Shown: piece by piece, positions 1 through 10,025 of the stretch | Layout of the letters: each line of letters begins with the position of its first letter | Position numbering within the stretch: the stretch's first letter is position 1 | NCBI GenBank assembly: GCA_040357565.1 | Contig: JBDODJ010000012.1 | From: Cercozoa sp. M6MM | Lineage: Eukaryota > Protista > Endomyxa: Ascetosporea | Direction: 5' to 3' (one strand) | Length of the DNA stretch: 64,000 bases | Notes under the pieces: model-generated | Seen by the model: the letters and a program-made list of their open reading frames with translations, nothing else | What the model was told of the DNA's origin: nothing | The model's database searches: none | Position numbers and translations under genes: made by a program

Positions 1-7
1 TTGACAG

Positions 8-1127
8 GCCATGGCCGGCCAGTCTCTGCATGGCATTCGGTCGTGCCTCAACGTGCGCTGGGCCTACGACGACCCGAACCCGCGCGCGCGTGAGCAAGAG
101 GGTGCTTTCTCTTTGTTGTTTGGACTCTGCTCTGTGTACATCATTGTTTTCCTCGTAGAGCAACGCAAGCGTTCGCTCGTGGCACAGGTGCCCTTTTTCT
201 GCTTTGTCCTTTCAATCCCGACTGTGTGCATTACAGTGTCTTGTTGTTGTTGTCCCTGCCGGTAGGCACTTGCGCTTAAGGCGGCCCGCGACGGCGTCAA
301 GCTCGACGCAGAGGCACGTCGAGCCGCCAAGAAACTCATCGGGTACACCCTCTCCTCCTCATGTGCTTGTGTGTCTGACGTGTGGCACGACAGACCGGCT
401 CTGCACACGATCGAGCGCAAGTTGATGGAGCAGCGCGAGGATGTTATGGCTCTCTCACAGGTATAGCCAGCTCCATGTGTTCTGTGGTCAGAGTAGTACA
501 CATTCATGTGAGATGCTGCTGTTGTATCCGAGCAGACGCAGTTGACACAGACGGCGGCGTTGGTGTCGTTGCCGCCTTCGTTGGCTGTGGTACGCATGTA
601 TTCCCACCCAACATGTTTGTCTGTTTGAGTATGATGTGCCCTCCCTGACTGTGCAGCAGCAGCAGCAGCAGCAGCAACTGGCGATCGCTGCGGCACCTCC
701 TGGATTGGTATCCATGTTCAAGAGATTACCCTCTATCCGTGCATGTAAGTGTGTATTTGTGTGCTGCAGTCAATGCCACCCGGCCTTAAGCGTCGCCTGC
801 CCGAGCCAGAGCAGGTGCAGATGAACACGGCCAAGATCGCCGAGTTCTCCGCTCCCGCTGGTACACTGGCCCGTGCTTTGTTCTGTGCTTTGTTCTACTC
901 CCGTACTTGCGTATCGACAGGGGAGGAGCACGAGCAACAGCCTGTCCCCGAACAGAGCACGAGCGTTGCGGAGGAGGACGAGGTGCCTCCTCCCTGCCTG
1001 TTTGTGATATCCCGTGTCCTTTTGGATTTGGCCCGATACCGTTCTTATCCATGTGTAGGAATCGCAAGAACCCGCCAGGAAAAAGGCGCGCATCGCCGTG
1101 CCACTCGTGAAGAAGCACGCCGCGTAG
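8..1127 (+). CDS. CWC2: Pre-mRNA splicing factor Cwc2/RBM22 family, 3' part (5' end lies outside the window), 8 exons
   Basis: First exon gives AMAGQSLHGIRSCLNVRWAYDDPNP, matching the end of the Cwc2 RRM (AM.xQSL...LNVRWA..DPNP). GT-AG splicing keeps frame through a polyQ tract to TAG at 1125-1127. Confidence 0.8.
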
Positions 1128-1480
1128 ACGCACACAGAGCAAAACGAGAGTGTGCCACGATTAACCCGATCGTATAGTAGCTGAATAGAGTGTCTCAAAC
1201 TTTGCGTTGTCCGCCACCCGACGGCACCCGATTGACCAACGGAGCCGCGCTCCTGCAGCTATTCAAATCACGTGCGCCGAGTTCGGAGCCGACGCGACCG
1301 CTGTTCCTACCGTGCTTCGCTTTGCTAACGTATACGTAGTAAACCGTACGTATATACGTACTAGTACGAGTAGGTTCTGTGAGTACTAGTAGATTCGGAT
1401 AACGTTCGGTAAACTAAATTATATTTACGCTCTACGCTAAGTAAAATTAGTATTCGGCTCGCGCCATCCGATCGGGAAAA

Positions 1481-1945
1481 CTACTTGCCGGCCTGCACAC
1501 GAGCCACAGCGAGCTGCAGCCACTGCTGCGATTCCGGCGACTGCGCCGATGGAACACCAACACATTATGAGAGACTCAATTTACACGAGGCAGCAAGAAT
1601 ATGGTACGAGGGACTGAGCGGCTTGTTGGACGGCAGCTTCATTCTGCAGCAGCGACTTGAGCATCTCGCGAATCTGCGCATTCAGGTATGCCGAGTGACC
1701 ATACACAGATACACAAACACATGCAGGGGGAGCATAGACGGAGTGATACAGCGCCGACGTGGTCCGCGAACACGTGCTCACTGAGTGGCAGTTCTCCCTG
1801 CTCGAGCTGCGCCGCCGGACTACTGTGCATGATGCCAAAGCCAAGCACGGCCAGCCACTGCGGCAGCAACGACGCCTCGTGCAGCGGCAGGACCCTACAA
1901 GGCAAGGGTCGTGTGCGTGTGTGTGTGTGTGTGTGNNNNNNNNNN

Positions 1946-1996
<51 letters not shown>

Positions 1997-3250
1997 TGTG
2001 TGTGTGTGCAACAGGGAACAGTACTGCTGCTGTGCCAGTTCGACGAGAGCGCTGAAACACTCGCGATTGTCCAGAGCACTCTCGGCCGGCAGCGAGGCAA
2101 AGAAAGGTTGCAACTACAATACACGGACATTACACACATACCCAGGGAACGGGGTAAGCTGCAAGGAGACAACACTACCAGACTCGACACGTTCGGCTTG
2201 GATCGGTGCTTCTTGAGCATCTGCTCACACAGGGGGTACAAGGAAGTACAAGGGAGTATAAGGAGTGTCTGGGGTATGACTTACCGTGGCAGCGGCAGCG
2301 AGAGCGGCATCGTGCGCCTCCTGTTCGAATGCCTCCGTCTCCAACGACACCGAGAGCTCCGTTCCGACCACGCGCACCAGATCTGACCGTACGGGCTAGT
2401 GTGCGAAATAAAGGCACAAAGGGGTAGGGTAGGTACCATTGATAGGCAGCAGCTTGGCCGGCACCACACCTATCGAACACACGTCAGATACAAACTAACC
2501 GGAAGTGGGGGGAGGGGAGGGGTAAGGGGTAAGGAGTACCCGACACGGCCTGCACGTAGCACTGCGCAGCACGGCGCAGTTCCGAGTGAGCGCCTAAGGT
2601 AAGGGGCAGGGAAGTAAGGGGCAAGAAGGTAGGGGTAAGGGGTAAGGGGATAGGGGTAAGGGTAAGTGCCAGTACCCGGACCAGCAACGTTCAGCAGCGG
2701 TGATACGAGCTTCCGCGTGCCCTTGACAATGTCCTGCACGCACACATGTAGGGGTAAAAGGGGAAAGATGGTAAGGGTAAGGGGCAAAGGGGAGCGAAGC
2801 ACCTTCTTGGCCGCAGGCGAAACCGCAGGCGACAGCAGCGGGTCGACGAACAAGAAGACACCCTGCGCGACGGCGTACGGGTCCTCGCGGAAGATGCTGT
2901 CCGCGTGGACACACCGAGTCAGTCCGTTAGGGCCAAGTCACTCAGATATCAATAGAGGTACCTGTCAGCCTTTTTGATTAGCATTTCGGCCAGCGGCACC
3001 AGTTTGCGCTGCCACGTCTTGAGCCACCGGTCGCCCACCTGGATTCCGGGGGAGGGGGGAGGGTAAAGGGGGCAAGGGAGATACAACAGGCAGTACCAGA
3101 CTGAACACAGTGTCGGACAACTGCACCGCCGTCGCCAGCACGGGGTTCTCCTGTATCGTGGCGGCGGGGGGGGGGGGGAAAGGGGTGGGGGGGAAAAGGG
3201 GATAAAGGGGGGGGGTAGAGAGAGAGAGCGAGAGAGCGAGAGAGCGAGAG

Positions 3251-3303
<53 letters not shown>

Positions 3304-5649
3304 CGCGCTCGTAGAACTCGTCAAGCTGCAGGTCCTCCTCCTGCAACACGTGAGGGAAGTAAAGGAGGATAAAGTATAGGCACGGCTAGGTACCTCATAC
3401 GAGGTCTGTCCCTGACGCGTCTTGGCGAGCACCTTGAGCACCTCGTTTCGCATGTACAAGGCACTAAAACAGAGGGATGGGGGTAAAGGGTAAAGGGTAA
3501 AGGGAGTAGAAGGGGGTAAGCAGCAATTACCTGTCGATGGCCTCGTTGATCGTTTCGCCCACTTGCATCAGAACGCTCGAAGTCAGACCGGCCTGGGGTA
3601 AAGGTGATGGGGTAAGGTGGGGCGGGGTGGGCAAAACAAGTACCGGGTAGTAGCGCAGCAGGTCGCCAATGTTGCTCAACAAAGCGACGGTCACGTCGGC
3701 GTTTTGTTCCGACTGCAGGGGGAGGGGGTAAAGCAGACACGCTTGCTCATACAGACAGTGCCAGGCAGTAGCAGTACCTGGATACGCGACTTGAGCACGT
3801 TAAGGATCTTGACAAAGTTCTCCTTGAGCACCTGTTCAAACCGAAGACTCCCTTCACTCAGACCCCCATAACACAGCGGTGTTTTAATTAAGGGGCTAGC
3901 AAAACGGACCTTGTCGGGCGCCTGTGCTACGACGAGACAGTTGAACAACTCCGGCAGCACCTTGATCGAGCCCGTGCGGATCTAACATCAAGAGGGGGGA
4001 AGAGGAGGGGGTGAGAGGGCGAAAAGGAAGGGGAAGGGGTAGAGGCAACGTACATCGGCAGAGGAGACGTATTCAACGAGCGGAAGACACGAGGCCAGCA
4101 GCGGCGGCACCAGCGGCGCCATGGCCTGCTGCAGCGCCGTGTTCATCGCCATCTCCAACACCAGTCCTACTGCGTAGTTCTTGGCCTGCTCATGGCGTAG
4201 GGGTCGGGATAGGGTAGGAGTAAGGTTAGGCAGGGAAGGGATAAGGGAAGCACCTGCAGCAGCGAGTTGTTGAGCACGAGGCGACGCATGCCAACGCCCG
4301 GAATCTCCTGCTCGGCCACCAGGTAGCCTGGGGATAAAGGGAGGTAAGAGGCAGAGGGAAATAAGATGGTGGGTTAAAACACCATTGGCAGCATTGACGT
4401 GCTCCGGTACAGGCTCGTGCATCTCCAGCAACTGCGAGGCGTCCACCTATCAGGGTTTAAGGGGTAACGGGGGAGGGGCGAGGGTGTCACAGGATACCTG
4501 CATGGTGTCATTGAGCGCATTCATGACCTGCGGGAGGAAGGGCACAAAGTCGGCACCGAGCACCGTGGCCACGTGGCCTAGCAGTTGCTACGGGGGGGGG
4601 GGGGGGGGCCACGGCGAAAACCCGGGGGGGGGGGTAAGAACCTGTGCGTTGGGAATGTGCGCCACTTGGACCAGTTTCGGCAGCATCTGCAGCGCGTGCG
4701 GACGGAACAGCTCCGGCACACTCTAGGAGAAGGAGTAGGGGATAAGGGTGTCAAGGGAGAGGCTACGGACAAATTGAAATCCTACCTGACCAATGTAGCC
4801 AACGGCAAACATGGCCTGGTCACGCACACCGTCCTGCACGGGGGGGGGGGTAAAGGGACGAAAGGGGATACAACAGCGCCCACCTGCTCGGGATTGCCGG
4901 TCTCGTCGGCCATGGCGAGTTGCAGCAGCGTGGGTCCCGCCCTGCAAGGGGGAAAAGATGGGGTAAAGGGACAGAGGGGGTACAGGGGGCAGGCTACTGC
5001 TGGTAGAAGGCGCGCATGATAGCGTGCGCCTGCTGCGCAAAGGCGTAGAACGGGTGCGTCTCATCCTCGTCGACCTCCTCGACGATCTTGCTCGTCGACT
5101 GCGCGATCGTCGCCGTGCAGCCCAGTGCTGTACGCATGCCAAGTGACACACACTCACAGACACCGACACACGTGTCCCCAGTGGCACCCACTCACCCGAT
5201 CACTCACAAGGTACCAGTGCGGCGTGCCAGCAGGTTGTACTCCGGCTTGCCGTTCTACCGGGGGGTAAGGGGTAAGAGGGTAAGGGGTAAGGGTAAGGGT
5301 TGGGAAGGGCGTAAAGACAAGGATACGTCGCGCTGCATGTGCTGCAGGAAGCAGCCGAGCAGGTCAGAGAAGTGGCGCACCACCTTGGTCTGACATACAC
5401 AGGGGAGATACATACAGACAGGTCCATGTGACAAGGAAACAAGTCCATATGGACGGACAGTGTGTACCGCCGAGACACGGTCCAGTGTGATGCAGACGAG
5501 CGTGTCGATCATGGCGTGCACGCGGAAGTGGCGCGTCGAGTCCTGCATCAGCGGCAGACATCTCTCCAGGAAGGCGTCCACCTCGTCCTCGCCCAGCAGC
5601 GCCTCGTCGCACTGCACACGACAGTACTGTTACCCCACCCTTGCCCCGT

Positions 5650-5698
<49 letters not shown>

Positions 5699-7030
5699 NN
5701 NNNNNNNNACACACACACACACACACACAGACACACTCCTCCCTATCCCCTCCAGCCAGAGAGAATACTTGTGTGTACCTCGAGCAGCCACGACCGCATC
5801 TCGTTGGCCTGCGCACACACATTAGCACGGTGGATACCCTCCCTCGTACCCCTCCAAGGACAGATCACCTGCGCATTGCCGATCGCCGAGGCGACGCGAC
5901 TGATCACGGCGCCCTATATTAAAGGGTACATGTACACACAGGCGGGGGGGGGGATATAAGTTGCTACCAGCACAGCGAGAGCGCCCTGACGACGCTTCCA
6001 GTCAGCACTCTGCAGCTCTGAGTTGCACGGGGGGGGGGGGGGTAAGTCAGGAGGGTAGACGGGATGCATGCGAAGTACCCTGCTGCACACGCGGCAGCAG
6101 CACGGCCACCAGGCGTTCCTACAGGATGTGCAAGCATCAGTCTCAGACAGAGAGAGGTAGGAAAGGGACACAGGTGCGCTACCTCCGACAGAATGTCCGG
6201 CAGCTGGTTCGCGGCCTGGATGGCAAAGGCGATGCCGTCCTGCTCCGCATCGTTTTCGATGTCGTCAAACGTCAGCGTGTCGTCCTTCACAACAACATAC
6301 ACACACATGCATACAAGGGAGTACGGGGCAAGGGATGACAGGGATAGAGATGTCAGGGATGGACAACAGGGGTACGTAGACAGCAGCGAACTCAAACACT
6401 AGCAGTGCCAGCGGGTCCTACACACATAAAGTGAACAAGCGTGTTTGCGTACACCTGACGACATTAAAAACCAACCGTCAGAGGCAACGCACGTGCCAGC
6501 TTGCGTTGCACACTCAGCAGTGTCAGGATGCTCTGTGCATACATACTCACATACATACACTCACCAAAACACAGAAGGGGGAGGGGGTAAACCTGATACG
6601 CACGTTGACGCGTGTCGCTTTCGATGTCCTGACGCTCCACCACCGACAGCACGGCACGCACGGCCTGTTCACGCGGATAGGTAAAGATACGACCCTCCGT
6701 ACAGACAGAGCACAACGACGCCTACCTGCTCGAGGTTGTTGGCGTTGCCAAAGACATCGGGCGCCGCATCGAACAGTTCGTTCAGTTCCGAGCACACCTG
6801 CACACGTGCACACCGACAGGGAGAAGGTAGGGTAGGGGGAAACAGAGGGGAGGGACCAATACCTGCGCGGCAAAGTCCTCATCCTTGGCGTCCACCAGGG
6901 CCTGTGAGAGCGGGTAGGGTGGCAAGGGACAAGGGGCAGGACAAGGGCAAGAGAATGTTGCTACCTGCAGCGACGCCGCGATTAGCGGATGCAGCACCAC
7001 AAGATCCGGCTGCACACAAACACACATATA

Positions 7031-7093
<63 letters not shown>

Positions 7094-8210
7094 CACAACA
7101 CATACATACATCGAGAGACACAAAGTCACCTTGGCGTGCAGAGCGACGCGTGAGCACGAAATCGCTGCCACACGGCACGTCTGTGTCACACGGGAGATAA
7201 TAGGGGTAACATAGATTACAACAGGGGGGGGGGAGACACACAGGGCTCGCGTTGGCCGACGAGATCACACGGCCGCAGAACTGCGACAAAAAGTTCGCCA
7301 AACCTGCGTCCTCCAGTGCCTGTATTCCGGGGAGGTAAAGCAAACAAGAGGGATGAAGAGTAGGGGAGTAAAGAGGAGGGTAAGAGAAGCAGGCACCGCC
7401 GGCGAGTACTCGCAGACGTAGCGCAGCAGAATGAGAGCGGCCTCCTGTCGTGCCACGTCGGCGTCCGTCACCTGCGCAAATGGAATCAACGGAACGCAAT
7501 GGGGGAGGCAAAAAGGTCTACCTGAGACATGGCTTGGACGGCCTGGGCCACGTCGTTCCACTGGCGTTTCTCCTGCACGACCTCGCGGCCGTAGATGGCG
7601 GCGACGCACTGCGCCACGGCACGCACCACTGCGTGCTCCTGCTCGTTGCCGAGACACGACAGCAGCGCCTGCTGCACCTTGCCGCGCACCTGATTCACAC
7701 ACACACGCACGCCGTCTTCAATCGGCAAAAAGCATGCGCACTCACGCAAAGAACAAGCGTGCACCTCCTGCGGCGCCTCTGTCCACGTGGTGTCCTTCAT
7801 CGAGATGGCGCACAGCTGCATACCAGACAAGGGTGTGACTTCAAGCAGCAGCAGCAGCAGCAGTAGCAGCAGTGTCCTTGTGCTCTACCTGACGCAGCAG
7901 AATGGCGGCAAACTGACGCAGATGCGGTTCCGGGTGGCCGGCTAGCACCTCAGCGAGCGACGACAGGTACGCATTGCCGTCACTCTGTGCAACCAACAGA
8001 CACGCACTCACTCACACATACACAATACACGAACGACTTTCACAGTACCTGGCGGAGCTGCAGAAGCTGCTGCGTCGCCTGATGACGAACTGAATCGTCA
8101 CCGGTCTGCGACGCCGCTGCCGACAGCACGTCCAGGAAACTGCAGCAACAACACCCCACGCCTGCAAAACAAAAAAGCGCCCACTAGAAATGGTAAACTC
8201 ACTTAGACAT
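1481..8210 (-). CDS. IPO4: Importin-beta family HEAT-repeat protein, importin-4/Kap123-like, ~47 introns
   Basis: Spliced start MSNFLDVLSAAASQTGDDSVRHQATQQLLQLRQ...HPEPHLRQFAAILLRQ (IBN-N like). Internal acidic loop DDIENDAEQD followed by WKRRQGALAVL and HEAT-like helices. Ends ...WLQLAVARVQAGK* (stop 1481-1483). The IPO4 versus IPO5 assignment is tentative. Confidence 0.7.
3217..3301 (-). repeat. (CT)n microsatellite on the sense strand at the 5' end of an intron
   Basis: (GA)n on the + strand directly abutting the donor of a minus-strand intron. Similar (GA)n tracts lie in BCKDHB introns at 55380-55422 and 55851-55902. Confidence 0.9.
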
Positions 8211-8442
8211 CCTCACGCGCTTCGTGCCACAATACAAAGCGAGTGTTGCTTCGTGCGCACTACACGCCTGTCTGCTTACTGCAACCTGTCAGCTGTGGCT
8301 CTGCCCTTCTGCTTTGGGAATCCAAAGAGCCAGAGACGGGACAATATCGTACAGTTTTGTACTGGACCCGTACGGTAGCCAGCTTCGTAGCACTTAGCAC
8401 TACGCACGCCACAGGTGCTCTCCAGACCGGCTAGTGACGACG
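8211..8442. promoter_or_regulatory. Putative bidirectional promoter (IPO4/QCR9), representative of seven such spacers
   Basis: Only 232 bp separate the two divergent start codons. Confidence 0.6.
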
Positions 8443-9239
8443 ATGCAGCGTATCATTCAGAAAGCTCGCGCGGTGGCGCGACGCTCGTTCGCTGTGGCAG
8501 AGGGCGGCTTTGAGAAGTTCACGGCTGAGCAGCAGCAGTACCGAATGGGCTTCGTGCGTTTTCTACACCATCTGCATTCTATGTGCGCAAGCGCTACACT
8601 TGTTTCGGCAGCTTTTTGCAACATCACAAAATTTTCTCCTGCCATGTGTGTTTTGTTGTTGTTGTTGTAATACCATTCCTATGCTTGTTGCGCTGTCTCT
8701 AGGACTCGGTGCGCCTGTCGACGGGTGCCATCAAGCCGCAGAGCGTGATGAACACGCTGACGACGCAGCCAACACTGATGAACGTACTGCAGCATTTTCT
8801 CCACTAGCGCCAAACGAGCTAGCGCCAAACGAGTGCTTGTTGTGTGCACGACAGGAATTCGCTGCGCTGATGCGACGCACGGTGTTTGCTTCGACGGGCA
8901 CGTCGCTTTTCTTCTACCTCGGTCTGGCGGCTTCGGGCCACTACATCGTCAACCAGTTCTGCGACTACGTGTGGGAGGCCAACAACCACTACGTACACTC
9001 ATTCATATCACATGCCTGGTGTTTGTTCTTGTGGTTTTGCTTTTTAATTTCCTCTCGCGAGAGTAGAAGACGCCCGAGTACACGATTTCCTCGTTCCCCG
9101 AGATCATTGAGGACATGGTACCTTTCTCCTTGCTCTTTTGTTGCGTGTGTTGGTGTGGGCTATCGCCATTTTTGTCCTGCAGATGGAGGACGAAGAGGAG
9201 GAGGATGATGAGGATGATGAGGAGGAGGAGGAGGACTAA
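8443..9239 (+). CDS. QCR9: Cytochrome bc1 subunit 9 (Qcr9/UQCR10)-like protein with long N-terminal extension and acidic tail, 145 aa
   Basis: Exons 8443-8553, 8703-8783, 8855-8992, 9067-9117, 9183-9239. Core MRRTVFASTGTSLFFYLGLAASGHYIVNQFCDYVWEANNHYK resembles Qcr9 (single TM helix then D.xWE..N.xK). Confidence 0.55.
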
Positions 9240-9414
9240 GCGAAGCGTCTGCCCCGGCTGTTCAGTGCGCTCTCCAGTCCATCGCCGTGCGTGGCAGCAC
9301 TCAGAGTCGGAGTCGACCAGTTTCTCTCACTGCAACATCCACGCGCGCCCTCTAGCGTTTAGTACATTCCATTTCTGATTCGATTAGACCCCGGGGCCTA
9401 ACCTAGTCAGTCAG

Positions 9415-9960
9415 TTGTTACTGACGGTTGTCAGTGAAAAGAACTAAATAAAAGAAGTAAGTCGTCAATTAGACGAAGCGAGGGAATCAATGATTCAGTT
9501 AGTAGAAGCGAAGTGAAGAATTACCCCAACTGGGTTCTTACGCCAAACTAGACGGAGTTGTAGACGGAATCTTCCGTCACGGGGAAAATCGTGACAAGAT
9601 TTAACAAGAAAACCCCTTCTCTCTACAGCAGCCAATGCTTACTTGTAGAGGTGGATATCAGTACAAACTGCAGAGCAACTGACCAGCTGATGCCAAGTAG
9701 ATGAGGTTTTCTCTTTGCCAACTGGCAGGCTCAATCTACAGGACAGGCTTTCAGACAGGTCCAGTCACAGCTCTATGGGCAGTAGTACCGTAGGGCCACA
9801 AACTCTTAACTCTTCTTTTCTCTCTCTTTTCTTCAATGATGGGAGACCAACTGGTCTGTCTGGGTTTATCCGCGCGGAGACTGCATAATCTGAGTCAGTC
9901 TGTAACACAGTAGTAGCTTGAGGGCGGGACATCGTAATACTGGCTACTAAAATTGAACGA
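9415..9960 (-). mobile_element. Decayed 3' fragment of a non-LTR retrotransposon (C-terminal CCHC-like remnant plus 3' non-coding tail)
   Basis: Minus frame reads SLKKRERKEELRVCGPTVLLPIEL*LDLSESLSCRLSLPVGKEKTSSTWHQLVSC...YK*, resembling the degenerate LINE C-terminal CxxC...HxxxxC region. It has no introns and one in-frame stop. The following 9415-9645 segment recurs at 54698-54904. Confidence 0.45.
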
Positions 9961-10025
9961 AACTGGCTGAGCTTGTGAGTGTGCATGTGTCCTGTCACGG
10001 TCACGAAAGCTTCAGTTCGCTTGAA

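Noticed and set aside
2596-2675. Telomeric array or CRISPR-like repeats
   Set aside because: The units are degenerate GGGGTAA inside introns, not tandem TTAGGG, and there is no repeat-spacer periodicity.
5318-5326. U12-type (minor) introns suggested by exact GTATCCTT donors (here, 24052 and 49771-49779)
   Set aside because: None has a CCTTAAC-type branch point near the acceptor, no AT-AC intron was found, and a few such donors are expected from the general GTAY + pyrimidine bias.
5652-5729. (TG)n/(CA)n self-complementary pair within one intron
   Set aside because: The two arms are joined across a 10-N gap, so the arrangement may be a scaffolding artefact.
9733-9765. Ferredoxin-like CLKACPVD peptide on the minus strand
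   Set aside because: Ends immediately in a stop and lacks the rest of the CxxCxxCxxxCP motif; a chance reading within the LINE-like relic.
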